DNA from: a phage
NCBI GenBank assembly: GCA_022897995.1
Contig: GCA_022897995.1_4763.1
Direction: 5' to 3' (one strand)
DNA: 64,000 nucleotides
This document shows positions 8,923 through 23,008 of this stretch, piece after piece. Position numbers and translations under genes: made by a program. The notes below the pieces were generated by a model that saw nothing but the letters and a program-made list of their open reading frames with translations, ran no database searches and was not told where the DNA came from. Each line of letters begins with the position of its first letter. Positions within the stretch are counted from its first letter, which is position 1.

Positions 8923-8951
8923 AAAAAGGGAAGACCCTTTCGAGTCTTCCC
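8923..8951 (-). terminator. intrinsic terminator downstream of gene 23 (minus strand)
   Basis: GGGAAGAC..GTCTTCCC stem followed on the minus strand by T5. Confidence 0.65.
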
Positions 8952-9021
8952 TTTGGAATTAACACTTTACACTGTCATAAGGTTTATGATAAGTCTGGTA
9001 TTGCACCCGACCGGAGTTTAA

Positions 9022-10605
9022 TTAGCAACCTTTAACCCATACACGGCGGAAGTATGCGTTTTTACCTACGCTGTCTTTGCTCAACATACCGGAGGTGATG
9101 CGAGCGGAAGGTGCCTGGGATTTGCTGTCTGCAAACGGGTTAATACCGATGCCATAGCGAGTCTTGAAGCCCAGAACCGGATGGAAAGACTGCGGATCAG
9201 TTGCACGCAGCGGAGTCAGAGCAACATACGGTGCATAGTAGATACCAGCATCCATTTCGTTGTCGCCTTTGTAACCTACAGTGAAGTAGTCCTGACGAGC
9301 ATACTGGTCGATGAATACTTTATACTTACCAGCCAGAACACCAGCGAAAACTGCTTTAGTGGTGTCGGTGTTCAGACCCTGTGCAGCACCCTGCATAGCA
9401 ACACTGATACCCTGATCAGCAGAAGCCAGAATGTTTACAACGTTACGGGAAGCGATAACAAAGTTACCAGCACCGCGACCAGTCTGACGAGCGATTTCAG
9501 CAGCTTCTTTGTCGATCTGGTAGATCAGAGATTTGAAGGATTCACCAGCCCAACGAGCACCGCGAGTATCGATCGGGTCTTGCAGGTCAAATACACCAGC
9601 TTTAGAACCAACGGTCTGAGTCATGCCAGTCTTACCAACCTGAGCGGTAAAGTTAATTACGTCAACGATTTCACGGTTGATTTCCAGCAGAACTTCGTTA
9701 GCCAGAATAGCATTCAGTTCAGCGTCAGCATCCATACCGTGTACAGCACGCAGATCCTGCGCAACTTCGATAGAATAACGAGCTTTCAGTTGGCGAGATT
9801 TCGCTTCAACTACCTGTTTGTCAATACGCATTGACATTTCGTTCCACGGGTTACGCTGAGAACCGTTAAAGCCTTCTTGCAGTTCCGCGATGGAAGTAGC
9901 CATACCAGCAGCAATTTCAGCCAGTTCTCCTTTTTCGATCAGCTTCATTACGCATTCATCGAGGGTATCGCCGGAAATAGTTGGGGTTACGGTAGAACCT
10001 TTAACGTTTTGCAGATATGCAATACCAGTTTCTTCGAATACATGATACACGATATCACCAGCATTAATACCAGTGCTTGCCGTCAGTTTCTGGAATGCAG
10101 TACCAGTCGGAGAGCTTGCTGTTGCATCTTTAGCTGCCAGAGAGCTATGATAAACATCAGGCGCAAACATTGGGTGGAATGCTTCGCGAGCATTACTTGC
10201 CAGAGGGTCGCCGCCGTATACAGAACGGATTGCGAAGATCTGGCTAGTCGGGGTGCTCATCGGCTGAACGCCACAGATATCAAATGCGATCAGGTTAGGA
10301 ATAGCACGGCGAACCATACCAATAACAGCCGGACCTACGTTGGTGATTGCACCAGTAGTTTGACCTGCGGCGATTTTATTTGCATCGTAACCGTGGTCGC
10401 CAGCAACTTCGGCTTCTGCGATAAAGCCACCGAATGCTTCAACAACTTTTTCATCCTTATAGATCGGGTCTACAGCAAAGTCCGCTTCCTGAGATTCCAG
10501 AATTTTAGCAACCAGTTTCTGCTTAGACGCAGTTGCGATTTCCGGCAGTTTTTCATTTTCCAGCAGCGGGGACCATTTTTCCATCAGTTCTTTGGTAGTT
10601 TTCAT
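9022..10605 (-). CDS. 23: major capsid protein gp23
   Basis: 527 aa; length, composition and position (after 22, before 24) match T4 gp23; classic late promoter upstream. Confidence 0.9.
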   Translation of the reverse strand: MKTTKELMEKWSPLLENEKLPEIATASKQKLVAKILESQEADFAVDPIYKDEKVVEAFGGFIAEAEVAGDHGYDANKIAAGQTTGAITNVGPAVIGMVRRAIPNLIAFDICGVQPMSTPTSQIFAIRSVYGGDPLASNAREAFHPMFAPDVYHSSLAAKDATASSPTGTAFQKLTASTGINAGDIVYHVFEETGIAYLQNVKGSTVTPTISGDTLDECVMKLIEKGELAEIAAGMATSIAELQEGFNGSQRNPWNEMSMRIDKQVVEAKSRQLKARYSIEVAQDLRAVHGMDADAELNAILANEVLLEINREIVDVINFTAQVGKTGMTQTVGSKAGVFDLQDPIDTRGARWAGESFKSLIYQIDKEAAEIARQTGRGAGNFVIASRNVVNILASADQGISVAMQGAAQGLNTDTTKAVFAGVLAGKYKVFIDQYARQDYFTVGYKGDNEMDAGIYYAPYVALTPLRATDPQSFHPVLGFKTRYGIGINPFADSKSQAPSARITSGMLSKDSVGKNAYFRRVWVKGC

Positions 10606-10638
10606 GTTCTTTAAACCTTGTTTGTTGTTAACCTAAAG

Positions 10639-10646
10639 TATTTATA
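10639..10646 (-). promoter_or_regulatory. T4-type late promoter (TATAAATA) for gene 23
   Basis: Plus-strand TATTTATA 10639-10646, 34 nt upstream of ATG 10605. Confidence 0.7.
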
Positions 10647-10664
10647 AAGTAGATTTGAATTACA

Positions 10665-11459
10665 TTAGATGAAATTCAGGTAGCGGGATACGCCGGAATC
10701 TACAGTTGCCTTTTTCTCTGATTCTTCGACAGTTTCTGCAATAACATTCAGCTTGTCGGCATCAGTATTTAGTGATTCTTCAATCTTCGCTGGTTTGTCT
10801 TCTTTCTTAGCAACCATTTCGACAATTGCAGTTAATTTCTTATCGAAAGTTTCGCTATATTCCAGACCTTCAATCAGCGCGGTTACTTTTTCTTTCTGGG
10901 TATCGGAAAGATCACGAGTGCTTTCATTGATCGCTTGTTCGCGCTTCATGCCGCGAATTTCGCTTTCAAGTTGCAGTTTGGCATCAAAGAGTTCGGAGGT
11001 TTTTTCTTTTTCTTCTTTGAGTGCTTCGTCCAGTTCAGCAACAACGTCTACAGATTCTTCCGGTACTACAACATTGTGAGTAACGAAAACATCTTTCAGA
11101 GAACCAATCAGGGATTCGCACAGATCCGCTTTAATATTACGGGTAACGGCTTCTTTATTTTCTGCCAGCCATTTAGCGCCTAAGTGATTCAGGAATTTAT
11201 CTGCATCTTCGTACAGTTTGGTTTCAATCTCGGTGCGTGCTTCTTCGACCTTTGATTCTACCAGTTCATCGGCTTTAGCGGCGATTTTTTCAATGTGGCT
11301 TTCTGCCAGTGCAACAGCATTAGCCTTTACCGCCTGAGCGTAGATAGTACCAAAATTTTCTTTTACTTCCGGCGACAGTTCGACGGATTCAAACAGGTCA
11401 TCTAGAGCAACGTCTACGGTGATCTGTTTTGCTTCTTCGAGCAGCATTTCTTTAAGCAT
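10665..11459 (-). CDS. 22: prohead core scaffold protein gp22
   Basis: 264 aa, acidic coiled-coil rich in E/K/A; synteny 21-22-23. Confidence 0.85.
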   Translation of the reverse strand: MLKEMLLEEAKQITVDVALDDLFESVELSPEVKENFGTIYAQAVKANAVALAESHIEKIAAKADELVESKVEEARTEIETKLYEDADKFLNHLGAKWLAENKEAVTRNIKADLCESLIGSLKDVFVTHNVVVPEESVDVVAELDEALKEEKEKTSELFDAKLQLESEIRGMKREQAINESTRDLSDTQKEKVTALIEGLEYSETFDKKLTAIVEMVAKKEDKPAKIEESLNTDADKLNVIAETVEESEKKATVDSGVSRYLNFI

Positions 11460-11490
11460 GGTTATAACCTTCTTGTTGATAACGACGTTA

Positions 11491-12186
11491 TTATTTATAG
11501 CGTTTGGATAACGCTTCTGCGAGCGCCATAAACGCGCTATTATTCGATTCTACGATGTTTTGTTGTGAGGCTGTAGGGTTAGTCACTTTTTTGGTTTTAT
11601 CGCTTTCTGGTGCGTCTGACGCGCTAGAATCGCTATCCGTTGACTCGACCACAGGAGTTACCCACGCATCTGGTGCGCTCGGACCCCATACAACATCAAC
11701 ACCAACCGTCAACACAAAACCTTCCTGTACAATATTGTATCCGCGACCAGAGTCTTTTAAACGACCCAACCCACGGGATGAAACGCCAGGAATCCAGCCA
11801 GCGCGAATCAGTGCAGCAAGTTTATCACCTGCGCCTTTATCCCCTTCAATAACACGGGCTTTACCCATCACGTTATTACCTTCCCACCACAATTTTTCAA
11901 TTATGATGCAAGCATTAGATGGATCTGGCATTGCTCTTGCTGGGTGATTAAGTTCGCCTAGAGCTTGATGTGTCTCAACTTGTTCATGTATGTATTTAGT
12001 AACCGCATTTTCTAGAACGCTGCGAGGATACCAGCGTTTATTACGGTTTACTGTTTCGGCTTGCAGGAAAATCCCTTGAATATAGAGATTTCCTGTAGCC
12101 TTATCATCAAATGATTCAAGCAATGACGAACTACCGCGAGCACAAGGAACGCCCCATTGTTCGATCAGTAATTCGTTCTTTTCCAT
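11491..12186 (-). CDS. 21: prohead core protease gp21
   Basis: 231 aa; GELNHP region typical of T4-type prohead protease; synteny. Confidence 0.85.
   Translation of the reverse strand: MEKNELLIEQWGVPCARGSSSLLESFDDKATGNLYIQGIFLQAETVNRNKRWYPRSVLENAVTKYIHEQVETHQALGELNHPARAMPDPSNACIIIEKLWWEGNNVMGKARVIEGDKGAGDKLAALIRAGWIPGVSSRGLGRLKDSGRGYNIVQEGFVLTVGVDVVWGPSAPDAWVTPVVESTDSDSSASDAPESDKTKKVTNPTASQQNIVESNNSAFMALAEALSKRYK
11492..11499 (-). promoter_or_regulatory. T4-type late promoter (TATAAATA) for gene 22
   Basis: Plus-strand TATTTATA 11492-11499 at the 3' end of gene 21, 33 nt upstream of ATG 11459. Confidence 0.55.
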
Positions 12187-12197
12187 GTTGTTTCCTG

Positions 12198-12605
12198 TTA
12201 TAATCCTAACGCCTTACGTTTACGCATTGCTTTTTTGCGCTTACGTTCCGCATGACGTTCGATAGATGGATTTGCACGTTTGGTTTTTGCAGCACGACGG
12301 GCAATTTGACGGCGTTTAGCTTTGCTTAGGCCAGTAGTCATGTAAGCATTACGCTCACGGGTTTTGCGATCTTTCTTACGTGCAACTTCCCCGCGTGCGT
12401 TTACATGTTTAACCATTGCTTCGTTTACAGTAATTCCGTCGATAATAGACAACATTGCTACAGCCAATTCTGGCTCATCTTCGGCGATACCTTCAACGAT
12501 TTTCAATAGTTCTTCTGACTCAAACATAGCCAACATGTCCAATTTTTCCTGTGCTTCCGGCAGAAAAGTTTCTAAGTCAGCTTTAGGAGTAAAATCTTTA
12601 ATCAT
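12198..12605 (-). CDS. 68: prohead core protein gp68
   Basis: 135 aa, basic C-terminus; position between 67 and 21. Confidence 0.7.
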   Translation of the reverse strand: MIKDFTPKADLETFLPEAQEKLDMLAMFESEELLKIVEGIAEDEPELAVAMLSIIDGITVNEAMVKHVNARGEVARKKDRKTRERNAYMTTGLSKAKRRQIARRAAKTKRANPSIERHAERKRKKAMRKRKALGL

Positions 12606-12617
12606 GTTGGCTTCCTA

Positions 12618-12842
12618 TTATTCGTCGTCTTCTTTGTCTTTTTTATCGTCTTTGCGATCTTCGTCTTCGTCGTCCTCATCATCGCGGTCTTTTTCTTCTT
12701 CACCTTCGATCATGACACTGGATGCGATTTCGACACGCTGGGATTCGATGATCTGGGCTTTTTTAGCCTCCATGATCTTATCAAATTCTTTTTCGATCAG
12801 CGTTAGATCGCGAGTTTTAATTGCTTCGATAAATTGTTTCAT
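12618..12842 (-). CDS. 67: prohead core protein gp67
   Basis: 74 aa with highly acidic D/E-rich C-terminus; position after 20. Confidence 0.7.
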   Translation of the reverse strand: MKQFIEAIKTRDLTLIEKEFDKIMEAKKAQIIESQRVEIASSVMIEGEEEKDRDDEDDEDEDRKDDKKDKEDDE

Positions 12843-14408
12843 TTAAAAATCCTCTATTTCATCGGGAGTTTGTTTAAAGCGCGGATCGTTCGCTTCTTCT
12901 TCGATCTGTTTCTTCTCGGTGTCCATCTGGTCATCGGTATATTTCAGAATGTCACGCATCACTGTCTGGTTAGAGAAATACTTACCAATGTAAGGGGCGA
13001 TACGTTCGATTAGACCGATTCGACGTTCTAAAATTTCCGCGTCTTTAACTTCTGTATAATAAGAGTCCCGATGGAAAACCACCTTGATATTATTTATTTC
13101 ACGATCCCAATCGTCTTCCGTAATTACATTTTTGAGAATCAGATTATATTTAAGCGGATCGCGCAATACTTCCGAAAACTGTGATTGCAGAGTTCTAATG
13201 AATTTCGAAAATTCCAACTCATCGCGAGTAATTTCTGAACCGTCACCACCGATCACCATATTAGCATCGGAGAGATTGCTACGTGACAATGGCACACGCA
13301 ACGCTTCATACAATTTACGGTTAAAGTAGCGAATATCATCGATATCACTCATCCCAGATGCGCCTGGTAAAGTGGTAACATCGGTGATTGCTTTACCATC
13401 TCGACGCTGTAACCAGTAGTCCTCTGTCATTGATAGGTTTGCTTGCTGGTTTTTAAGTTTACCAGTCGATGCATCATAAACAACGCGGTTTTTAAAAGAC
13501 TGTGCCACTGAGTTCATGTGCTGTGCAGCCTTGCGGTTGTTCATGTTTCCGGTATCAATAAAGAATACTCGGCGTTCCGGTGCACGCGTGATACGATAAA
13601 CGACCATTGCGTCTTCCAACAATTTAAGCTGGTTTGCTGGCTTAACAGCCCGATGCAAATAACCAATGATATATTTATCATCGCAATCCATCAAGCCGCT
13701 GTGAGCGTATGTAATAGCACTACGCGGGATTTTAACGCGACTATTGGGAGAGAATACTTGACCACCCGCGCAATAAGAACTATTGCCTACGGTGTAAATG
13801 AAATATTCTTTCGTTGCTTTATAAATTTTACCTTCCGGTGTGTCTTCTGTAATGATCTCGCGAACATATTCAAGATTTCGTGGATCAAGCTGGCGTAATT
13901 CTACGATACCATCTTTTGGATTTTTACCGATGATCTTATGGAAGAAAATACGCGAATCGACATACCAGCGACGGAACATATCCTGACCGCGCTTATCAAA
14001 CTGGATAGTGTTTAAAAGATCTTTAAATTCTTCATGAATGCGCTCTTTTACAGATTCACTAAAGCCAGTCGCCTCAAGATTTAATGAAACAACGTCGTGA
14101 CCTTCTTCAAATACAATCGCATCATTAACGATATTCTGTACAGCGTTTTCGACTTCATGGTTATTCATCAAACCGCGATATGTGTTAACTAATTGCTTAG
14201 TTGTACTGATTTTCTGGTCGGTGCTGTAAAATTGCTGGGTAAGAGAGTTCCACGCGCTAGCAGGTGAATTATCATTAATTTCTACTTCCGTAGCACCATC
14301 ATTGTTTTTAGGTGCGGCGATAGACTCTGCTTTATCTTTAATTTGTTCTTCGTATTTGTCGTTGTCAAAATCAGCCCAACGCGCAAGCATTTTTAATCTA
14401 CTAAACAT
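12843..14408 (-). CDS. 20: portal vertex protein gp20
   Basis: 521 aa; internal conserved stretch GYLHRAVKPANQLKLLEDA..YRITRAPERRV typical of T4 portal; GAGGTG RBS. Confidence 0.9.
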   Translation of the reverse strand: MFSRLKMLARWADFDNDKYEEQIKDKAESIAAPKNNDGATEVEINDNSPASAWNSLTQQFYSTDQKISTTKQLVNTYRGLMNNHEVENAVQNIVNDAIVFEEGHDVVSLNLEATGFSESVKERIHEEFKDLLNTIQFDKRGQDMFRRWYVDSRIFFHKIIGKNPKDGIVELRQLDPRNLEYVREIITEDTPEGKIYKATKEYFIYTVGNSSYCAGGQVFSPNSRVKIPRSAITYAHSGLMDCDDKYIIGYLHRAVKPANQLKLLEDAMVVYRITRAPERRVFFIDTGNMNNRKAAQHMNSVAQSFKNRVVYDASTGKLKNQQANLSMTEDYWLQRRDGKAITDVTTLPGASGMSDIDDIRYFNRKLYEALRVPLSRSNLSDANMVIGGDGSEITRDELEFSKFIRTLQSQFSEVLRDPLKYNLILKNVITEDDWDREINNIKVVFHRDSYYTEVKDAEILERRIGLIERIAPYIGKYFSNQTVMRDILKYTDDQMDTEKKQIEEEANDPRFKQTPDEIEDF

Positions 14409-14466
14409 TATTCACCTCGAATTGGGAGAAATTAAGCGGGGAACTTCTCCCCGCATGATAATATAT

Positions 14467-14961
14467 TTATTCTACCCAATCTATAGCAAAAGTAACTTCA
14501 AACGTTTCAACTTCGTTGTTTTGTTCCCAATCGAGGGTTACTTCACCAACGTTGGTCGGGAAAATACCGTACAATGTTTTTTCGCTAGTTGATTCGGTGT
14601 TACGGTTAAGTTGACGAACAATAGCTTGTTTCTTATATTGTGCAGGAGTTGCACCCGTGATCGCCGAACCAGTGCCATGTGTCTGATCGCTCCATGCAAC
14701 GATAGCATCACGGATCTTGTGTGCGTCATCGTTGAATACAGTGATGGTCCAGTCGTCATATACACGGTCGCCAGCGATGTTAATTTTACGGTTTTGATAG
14801 CCTACAGCAATTTTTTCTACGGTAGCAGCCGGGACAGTAGCAGCCTTACACATCAGCTTGAAGTTTTGCCCCAGATACGGGATCTCAACTTCAAACAGGT
14901 TAGGACGAGCAAAATCGCCAGACTCGAAACCGCGTGTAATATCATTCAAATCGAGTGCCAT
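14467..14961 (-). CDS. 19: tail tube protein gp19
   Basis: 164 aa; ..FESGDFARPNLFEVEIPYLGQNF.. and C-terminal ..NNEVETFEVTFAIDW.. match T4 gp19. Confidence 0.9.
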   Translation of the reverse strand: MALDLNDITRGFESGDFARPNLFEVEIPYLGQNFKLMCKAATVPAATVEKIAVGYQNRKINIAGDRVYDDWTITVFNDDAHKIRDAIVAWSDQTHGTGSAITGATPAQYKKQAIVRQLNRNTESTSEKTLYGIFPTNVGEVTLDWEQNNEVETFEVTFAIDWVE

Positions 14962-15033
14962 AATTGATATTCCTTAATAGAGCGGGGAGAACTCCCCGCT
15001 TGATTTAACTTTTAATCTATGCTAATTTACTGA

Positions 15034-17034
15034 TTATGCCTGGTTAGCTGGACCGATAATTTCGTCAAAATCAGCACCAGTTGCAACAGCAGTGAAATTG
15101 AGCATGATATAGTTGATCGATTTTGCTGGTTTGATGAACATGCTAGCAACAAATTCGTTACGATCAATTACATCCGGCGTGTTGTTCGTGGTGTCGCATT
15201 GTACTCGGAAGTCATAAATGCCACCCAGAGAGCGAATCGTGCTGAGATATTGCGATACCTCCATACGGAAGGAGGCGCGAGTAAAGTTATCGTTGTTTTC
15301 AAACAGTTTGTATTTGCTTGAATCACCGATATTCTTTTTCAGCATGTTAAACAGACGACGAACGTTAATGCGGTCAAACGGGCTAGGAACAGTCGTAGCG
15401 GTTTTATCACCCATCAGGATAAACCCTTCACCACCTGCACCGATTACCGGGTTAATTGCGGCTTGATACAGACGATCACGGTGTGCCTTGCGAGGCTCAA
15501 TAGCCAGCTTAACCACGTTCATGATCTGACCACGGTTATAACCTGCCGGACTCATCCACGGCTGGGATACAACATCAGTACGAGCACACAAGCCAGCAAT
15601 ATCAGCAGCCAACGGAACCCAACGGTTTACGTCGTTATATTTGTCATACTGATATTTGTAGTTACCATCAATAACCGCGTAAGTGGTATTAATGTTCATG
15701 TTGTTGTCTGAATAATTGCTCTTTCCTTCTCGCCATGCGATCAGATTATCGATTGCGGTAGTGACCGGAATATTAACAACAGTGCTACGCGGCGGAGAAA
15801 CCATCACTAAACAATCCTGACGCTCATCACCGATGGAAACAGCATGTTTCTGTACAGTGGAGAATGCATCACCTTCACCCGCACACGCACCAGCAATCAG
15901 CAGGTTTACATGAATAGATTCACGTTCAGCAAACAGATCCCAGCCTTTCATCATTGCGCCAATGAACGGATCATTACGATGGTCCTCGGTTGAGGCTTCG
16001 TTAGCAGACACACCACCGACCAAAGAGATGATACCACTGAAACCATTTACCCAACCCTGAGCGGTTGCATAGATGTACTGACTAGCACCACGAGCAAAGA
16101 AATCGTCCATATAGATAGAATTGCCATAAACGTCTTTATCCCCTTTCAGAGTAGACAGTACATAGGATTCTACCACAACACCACCTCGACGAACAATAAA
16201 CGCATACTGGTTATCATTCTGCGGTGCATATGGAATCAGGTTGCGTGCTGCGGTACGAGTTCCACCGAACGGATACATAGTTAATTCAGGTGCTGCCGCG
16301 CCACTGAACGCGCTACGTGCCAGAATTTCAACTTCCAGAGAGTTTCCGATCTCACCCGCATAGATTGCACTTACCGCTGGCATATCATACTTTTTGAGCT
16401 TAGTCAAAAATTCTTGATTGGTGATATTGGCGCGGGAAGTCTCCAGATCCGTTAAGAGAAGACCAGAATCGGTAACAATTTTAGAAATGGTAATTGCCGC
16501 ATTTGAGTTACCAGTACCGGAAGTGATTTCTACAGTGAAATTCCCAAGATTAGGATACACGCCAACGGATTTAGCCAGAGCAATGATTTTCCCGGTTGGG
16601 ATGAAAATACCTTTAATTTTACCTTCGGTATCAACTTTGGTTACTTTGCCAGCGGTTTCAACTTCCTGACGGTTGTATTTTACTTTAATCGAATCGCCTA
16701 CTTTGTAGTTAGAACCTTCGTTGGTAATATTAAATTCTACGTTACCAGCGAGTGTGGTAGAGTTTTTCGCTTTTTCTGTATTCAGTACGCGAACAACACG
16801 CAGGTCATTGCCATACTGGAGGAAGTTAGCCCCACTCATGAAATAGTCTGCGGTGTTATTATCCGGCTGACCAAATTTATTAACTAATTCAACTTCATTA
16901 GTTACTTGAACAATCTGGAAAGCTGGACCCCATTGGAATTTACCTACCAGTGCCGCGCGACCAGTCGCAGATTGCACAATGGTAGTGGAGAGAGTAGTTT
17001 CTTTCGTTTCGAAACCCGGTGATAATAGAGTCAT
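15034..17034 (-). CDS. 18: tail sheath protein gp18
   Basis: 666 aa; N-terminal MTLLSPGFETKETT and extended similarity to T4 gp18. Confidence 0.9.
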   Translation of the reverse strand: MTLLSPGFETKETTLSTTIVQSATGRAALVGKFQWGPAFQIVQVTNEVELVNKFGQPDNNTADYFMSGANFLQYGNDLRVVRVLNTEKAKNSTTLAGNVEFNITNEGSNYKVGDSIKVKYNRQEVETAGKVTKVDTEGKIKGIFIPTGKIIALAKSVGVYPNLGNFTVEITSGTGNSNAAITISKIVTDSGLLLTDLETSRANITNQEFLTKLKKYDMPAVSAIYAGEIGNSLEVEILARSAFSGAAAPELTMYPFGGTRTAARNLIPYAPQNDNQYAFIVRRGGVVVESYVLSTLKGDKDVYGNSIYMDDFFARGASQYIYATAQGWVNGFSGIISLVGGVSANEASTEDHRNDPFIGAMMKGWDLFAERESIHVNLLIAGACAGEGDAFSTVQKHAVSIGDERQDCLVMVSPPRSTVVNIPVTTAIDNLIAWREGKSNYSDNNMNINTTYAVIDGNYKYQYDKYNDVNRWVPLAADIAGLCARTDVVSQPWMSPAGYNRGQIMNVVKLAIEPRKAHRDRLYQAAINPVIGAGGEGFILMGDKTATTVPSPFDRINVRRLFNMLKKNIGDSSKYKLFENNDNFTRASFRMEVSQYLSTIRSLGGIYDFRVQCDTTNNTPDVIDRNEFVASMFIKPAKSINYIMLNFTAVATGADFDEIIGPANQA

Positions 17035-17065
17035 TAGAATTTCCTCATCTTTTTATGCATTATCG

Positions 17066-20379
<3,314 letters not shown>

Positions 20380-20392
20380 AATAAATTACCTC

Positions 20393-21256
20393 TTAAAATT
20401 CTCTTACAATACGTGGACCCGGTGGAATCGGTGCAACTGGTATTGGAATATCACTAGAATATGATTCTTTGATTGTTCCGTCCCATTCTTCTTGCTCAAC
20501 ATCACGTTTAACAACTTCATGATCCACTGATTCAAAATTACCGCTAGGATTTAATTCACGAGAATTGGCATGAAAATCAAGATAAATCGTTCTAATTTCC
20601 CCCTTAACGTCGGTAGCTGGAGGATAGATAAACCCGATAAATTCAAACATAATGGTCCATTCAAGACGGCGACGAGAAAACTTATCTTCGCCTACCTGTT
20701 CATCTGGGGTAATAGAACTAATTGTGACCTGAATATCTCGATCAATCCATACATCATTACCGTGTAGTTCTTTAATCTTACAGTTAAAATGAGGCTGGAA
20801 GTAAGGAAGAATCTGTTCAATTATCTGAAACATATCATCTTCGTTACGTGTATAAATCCCCAACTCGAAGGTAAACTTATATGGTACAGGGTTATATTGT
20901 GTCACACTCCTGATTCCATCAGCCGTATATTTTGGTACTGTCTTATTTGCAATATTGGTTTTAAAGTTCTGGGCGTATGTCATATCAATCAAAGAAAGAC
21001 ACATGCGCGGTAAAATAGTTTCTACCTTTGCTACGTCTTCCTCACTGGAGATATTGTTATATTTGTCCAGACTCATCATGAATTTTTCTTTCTTTGCGTA
21101 GGTGATAGGAACTTTAATAAAACGCTCACCGTCACTACGCACCCTTTTAATTTGTACGCCGGAGAATAAATTACCCAGCAATACAATATACCGTCTAATT
21201 GACGAATTATAGTGCCAACCGAACATTTGACCCCCTTGTTTATGAGTATTTATCAA
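20393..21256 (-). CDS. 15: tail sheath stabilizer and completion protein gp15
   Basis: 287 aa; ..[40 protein letters not shown].. matches T4 gp15. Confidence 0.85.
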   Translation of the reverse strand: MINTHKQGGQMFGWHYNSSIRRYIVLLGNLFSGVQIKRVRSDGERFIKVPITYAKKEKFMMSLDKYNNISSEEDVAKVETILPRMCLSLIDMTYAQNFKTNIANKTVPKYTADGIRSVTQYNPVPYKFTFELGIYTRNEDDMFQIIEQILPYFQPHFNCKIKELHGNDVWIDRDIQVTISSITPDEQVGEDKFSRRRLEWTIMFEFIGFIYPPATDVKGEIRTIYLDFHANSRELNPSGNFESVDHEVVKRDVEQEEWDGTIKESYSSDIPIPVAPIPPGPRIVREF

Positions 21257-21993
21257 AAATCGGCGAAAGGTGAACCCTTGCCATTAATAGGGTCAAACGG
21301 ATCAATAAAATCTTGTCCTTCGCTTTTAAATTGCTTATCTTCTTTGTATTGATCTAAGTTAATGTCTGTTAATCCATCAAGATTAGTGATCGGTGCAAGA
21401 TCCAGATCCGCGAACTCATCAACATTAATTCCCTCATTGCGTTGTAATTCTGGTCGCAATTCCTCGCCGCTATACACGAATTTCTCTGCAATAATTTTAC
21501 GCATGGCATTTTTGCCAGCCTGAAAAAACGGCTGATATGGCTCGACGTAATTGATTTCAAAGAGATCATTACTCATTGGAATATAAATCAAGTCACCTGA
21601 TTTTGGCTCTTGATCATCTACTTGATGCTTGAATAGGTTGGGGTTAACCGTAAAAGTTAGTTCATCATTGGCTTGATAACCGAAACTAGAGAAGAAGTTA
21701 CCAGCGCCTTCATACCCATCAAATGAGTTAATATAAGCCGCAAATTTCCATGCTTTAGTAAATTTGCTTTGAACATCCTCGCCAAAGATCATGTCTGGTT
21801 TGACAAATTCACGAGGGATGTAATATAATTCTACACCTCGCATCTGAATAGCTTCGGCGACCATAACGTCGGCTAACGTCTGAGTATTTGTATATTTGTG
21901 AAAATTCACATAAGGATTAAGAATCTCTGTTTGTCGTGTATTCTCATAATCCTTTTGCGATTCAAGGCGAGCAAAAAGAGTGTTGTTAAACAT
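21253..21993 (-). CDS. 14: neck protein gp14
   Basis: 246 aa; position between 13 and 15. Confidence 0.8.
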   Translation of the reverse strand: MFNNTLFARLESQKDYENTRQTEILNPYVNFHKYTNTQTLADVMVAEAIQMRGVELYYIPREFVKPDMIFGEDVQSKFTKAWKFAAYINSFDGYEGAGNFFSSFGYQANDELTFTVNPNLFKHQVDDQEPKSGDLIYIPMSNDLFEINYVEPYQPFFQAGKNAMRKIIAEKFVYSGEELRPELQRNEGINVDEFADLDLAPITNLDGLTDINLDQYKEDKQFKSEGQDFIDPFDPINGKGSPFADF

Positions 21994-22029
21994 ATGTTAC
22001 TCCAAACGGGGGAATACTCCCCCAATAAA

Positions 22030-22962
22030 TCAAATCATGAGGATGCCGAACGGAGGATCTAATAATTCTAGTTCTTGTCGCAATTTCTCAATGTCGGCGC
22101 GTGCTTCTTCAATGATTCGGATACCATCAACAGTGACACCACCGGGCAATTGCAGACCTTGATGTTTAGCCATGATTGACCCCCAAACCTCCTTAGTGAA
22201 GGCGGTAGCCATATCTTTCACCCAACGGTTATTATATGCACCCTGTTTGTTTTCTCTAATTGGTCCCATTCCTGCCGAAATCCCGCTCAATCCTGCGGTT
22301 GGGTTATCATAAACGGCGCTAATCCCGCCAGCGGTAGAACATCCTCCCGCATGAGCATAGCCAGCAACCGCTCCCATCATATCAGGAACGTCTACATAGC
22401 TTTTAACATACAATTCAACTACAATGAGATCACCTTCTCGAAAATTACCAGTGATCTTAAGTTGTCCGTTTGCGCTATTATACCAATAATCTGGCAGCGG
22501 ATTGAGCATATTTTGCATAGTGGCTCGATAGCTCATAAGCTGTTCGAAATATCCTAGATCACCGCCCATTGCATTTGGACCATAAAATTTACTACAGCCA
22601 GATCCTAAACCGCCATTTACACCCGCTAAACCCAACAGAAAGTCAGTAAACCACGGATAAACGGCAGTACCATCCATCGTAGCCGCGCTACCTACGTTTG
22701 TTCGAATAATTTTAGTTACTGCGAATATCCCAGAGTCGCTTAAATCAAATACCCCGTGTTGCGCTTGCTCTGCACTAACACGAAATACTTTATATCCTTT
22801 ATTCACACCATCGAAATGATATTCCCCATAGAGTTCTAGTGCTCTCTGAATACAATCGTAAATCTGGTCTTCTGTGACTTCTACGTTAATTACTGGTGCG
22901 CCTAAACGACGTAGAATAGCGTCTTTTAGTTCTCTTGGGTTATTGGTTACATATCCTGACAT
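22030..22962 (-). CDS. 13: neck protein gp13
   Basis: 310 aa; position between wac and 14; length matches T4 gp13. Confidence 0.8.
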   Translation of the reverse strand: MSGYVTNNPRELKDAILRRLGAPVINVEVTEDQIYDCIQRALELYGEYHFDGVNKGYKVFRVSAEQAQHGVFDLSDSGIFAVTKIIRTNVGSAATMDGTAVYPWFTDFLLGLAGVNGGLGSGCSKFYGPNAMGGDLGYFEQLMSYRATMQNMLNPLPDYWYNSANGQLKITGNFREGDLIVVELYVKSYVDVPDMMGAVAGYAHAGGCSTAGGISAVYDNPTAGLSGISAGMGPIRENKQGAYNNRWVKDMATAFTKEVWGSIMAKHQGLQLPGGVTVDGIRIIEEARADIEKLRQELELLDPPFGILMI

Positions 22963-23008
22963 AATATCACCTATAAACGGAAAAGGGGCTTAACGCCCCT
23001 TTAATTTC

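Noticed and set aside
9181-10614. Plus-strand ORFs of 217 and 245 aa antisense to gene 23 (similar antisense ORFs at 10753-11183, 11504-11947, 12364-12846, 13084-13898)
   Set aside because: They lie wholly inside strongly supported minus-strand structural genes, have low-complexity Ser/Thr/Cys-rich translations and no RBS; treated as artefacts.
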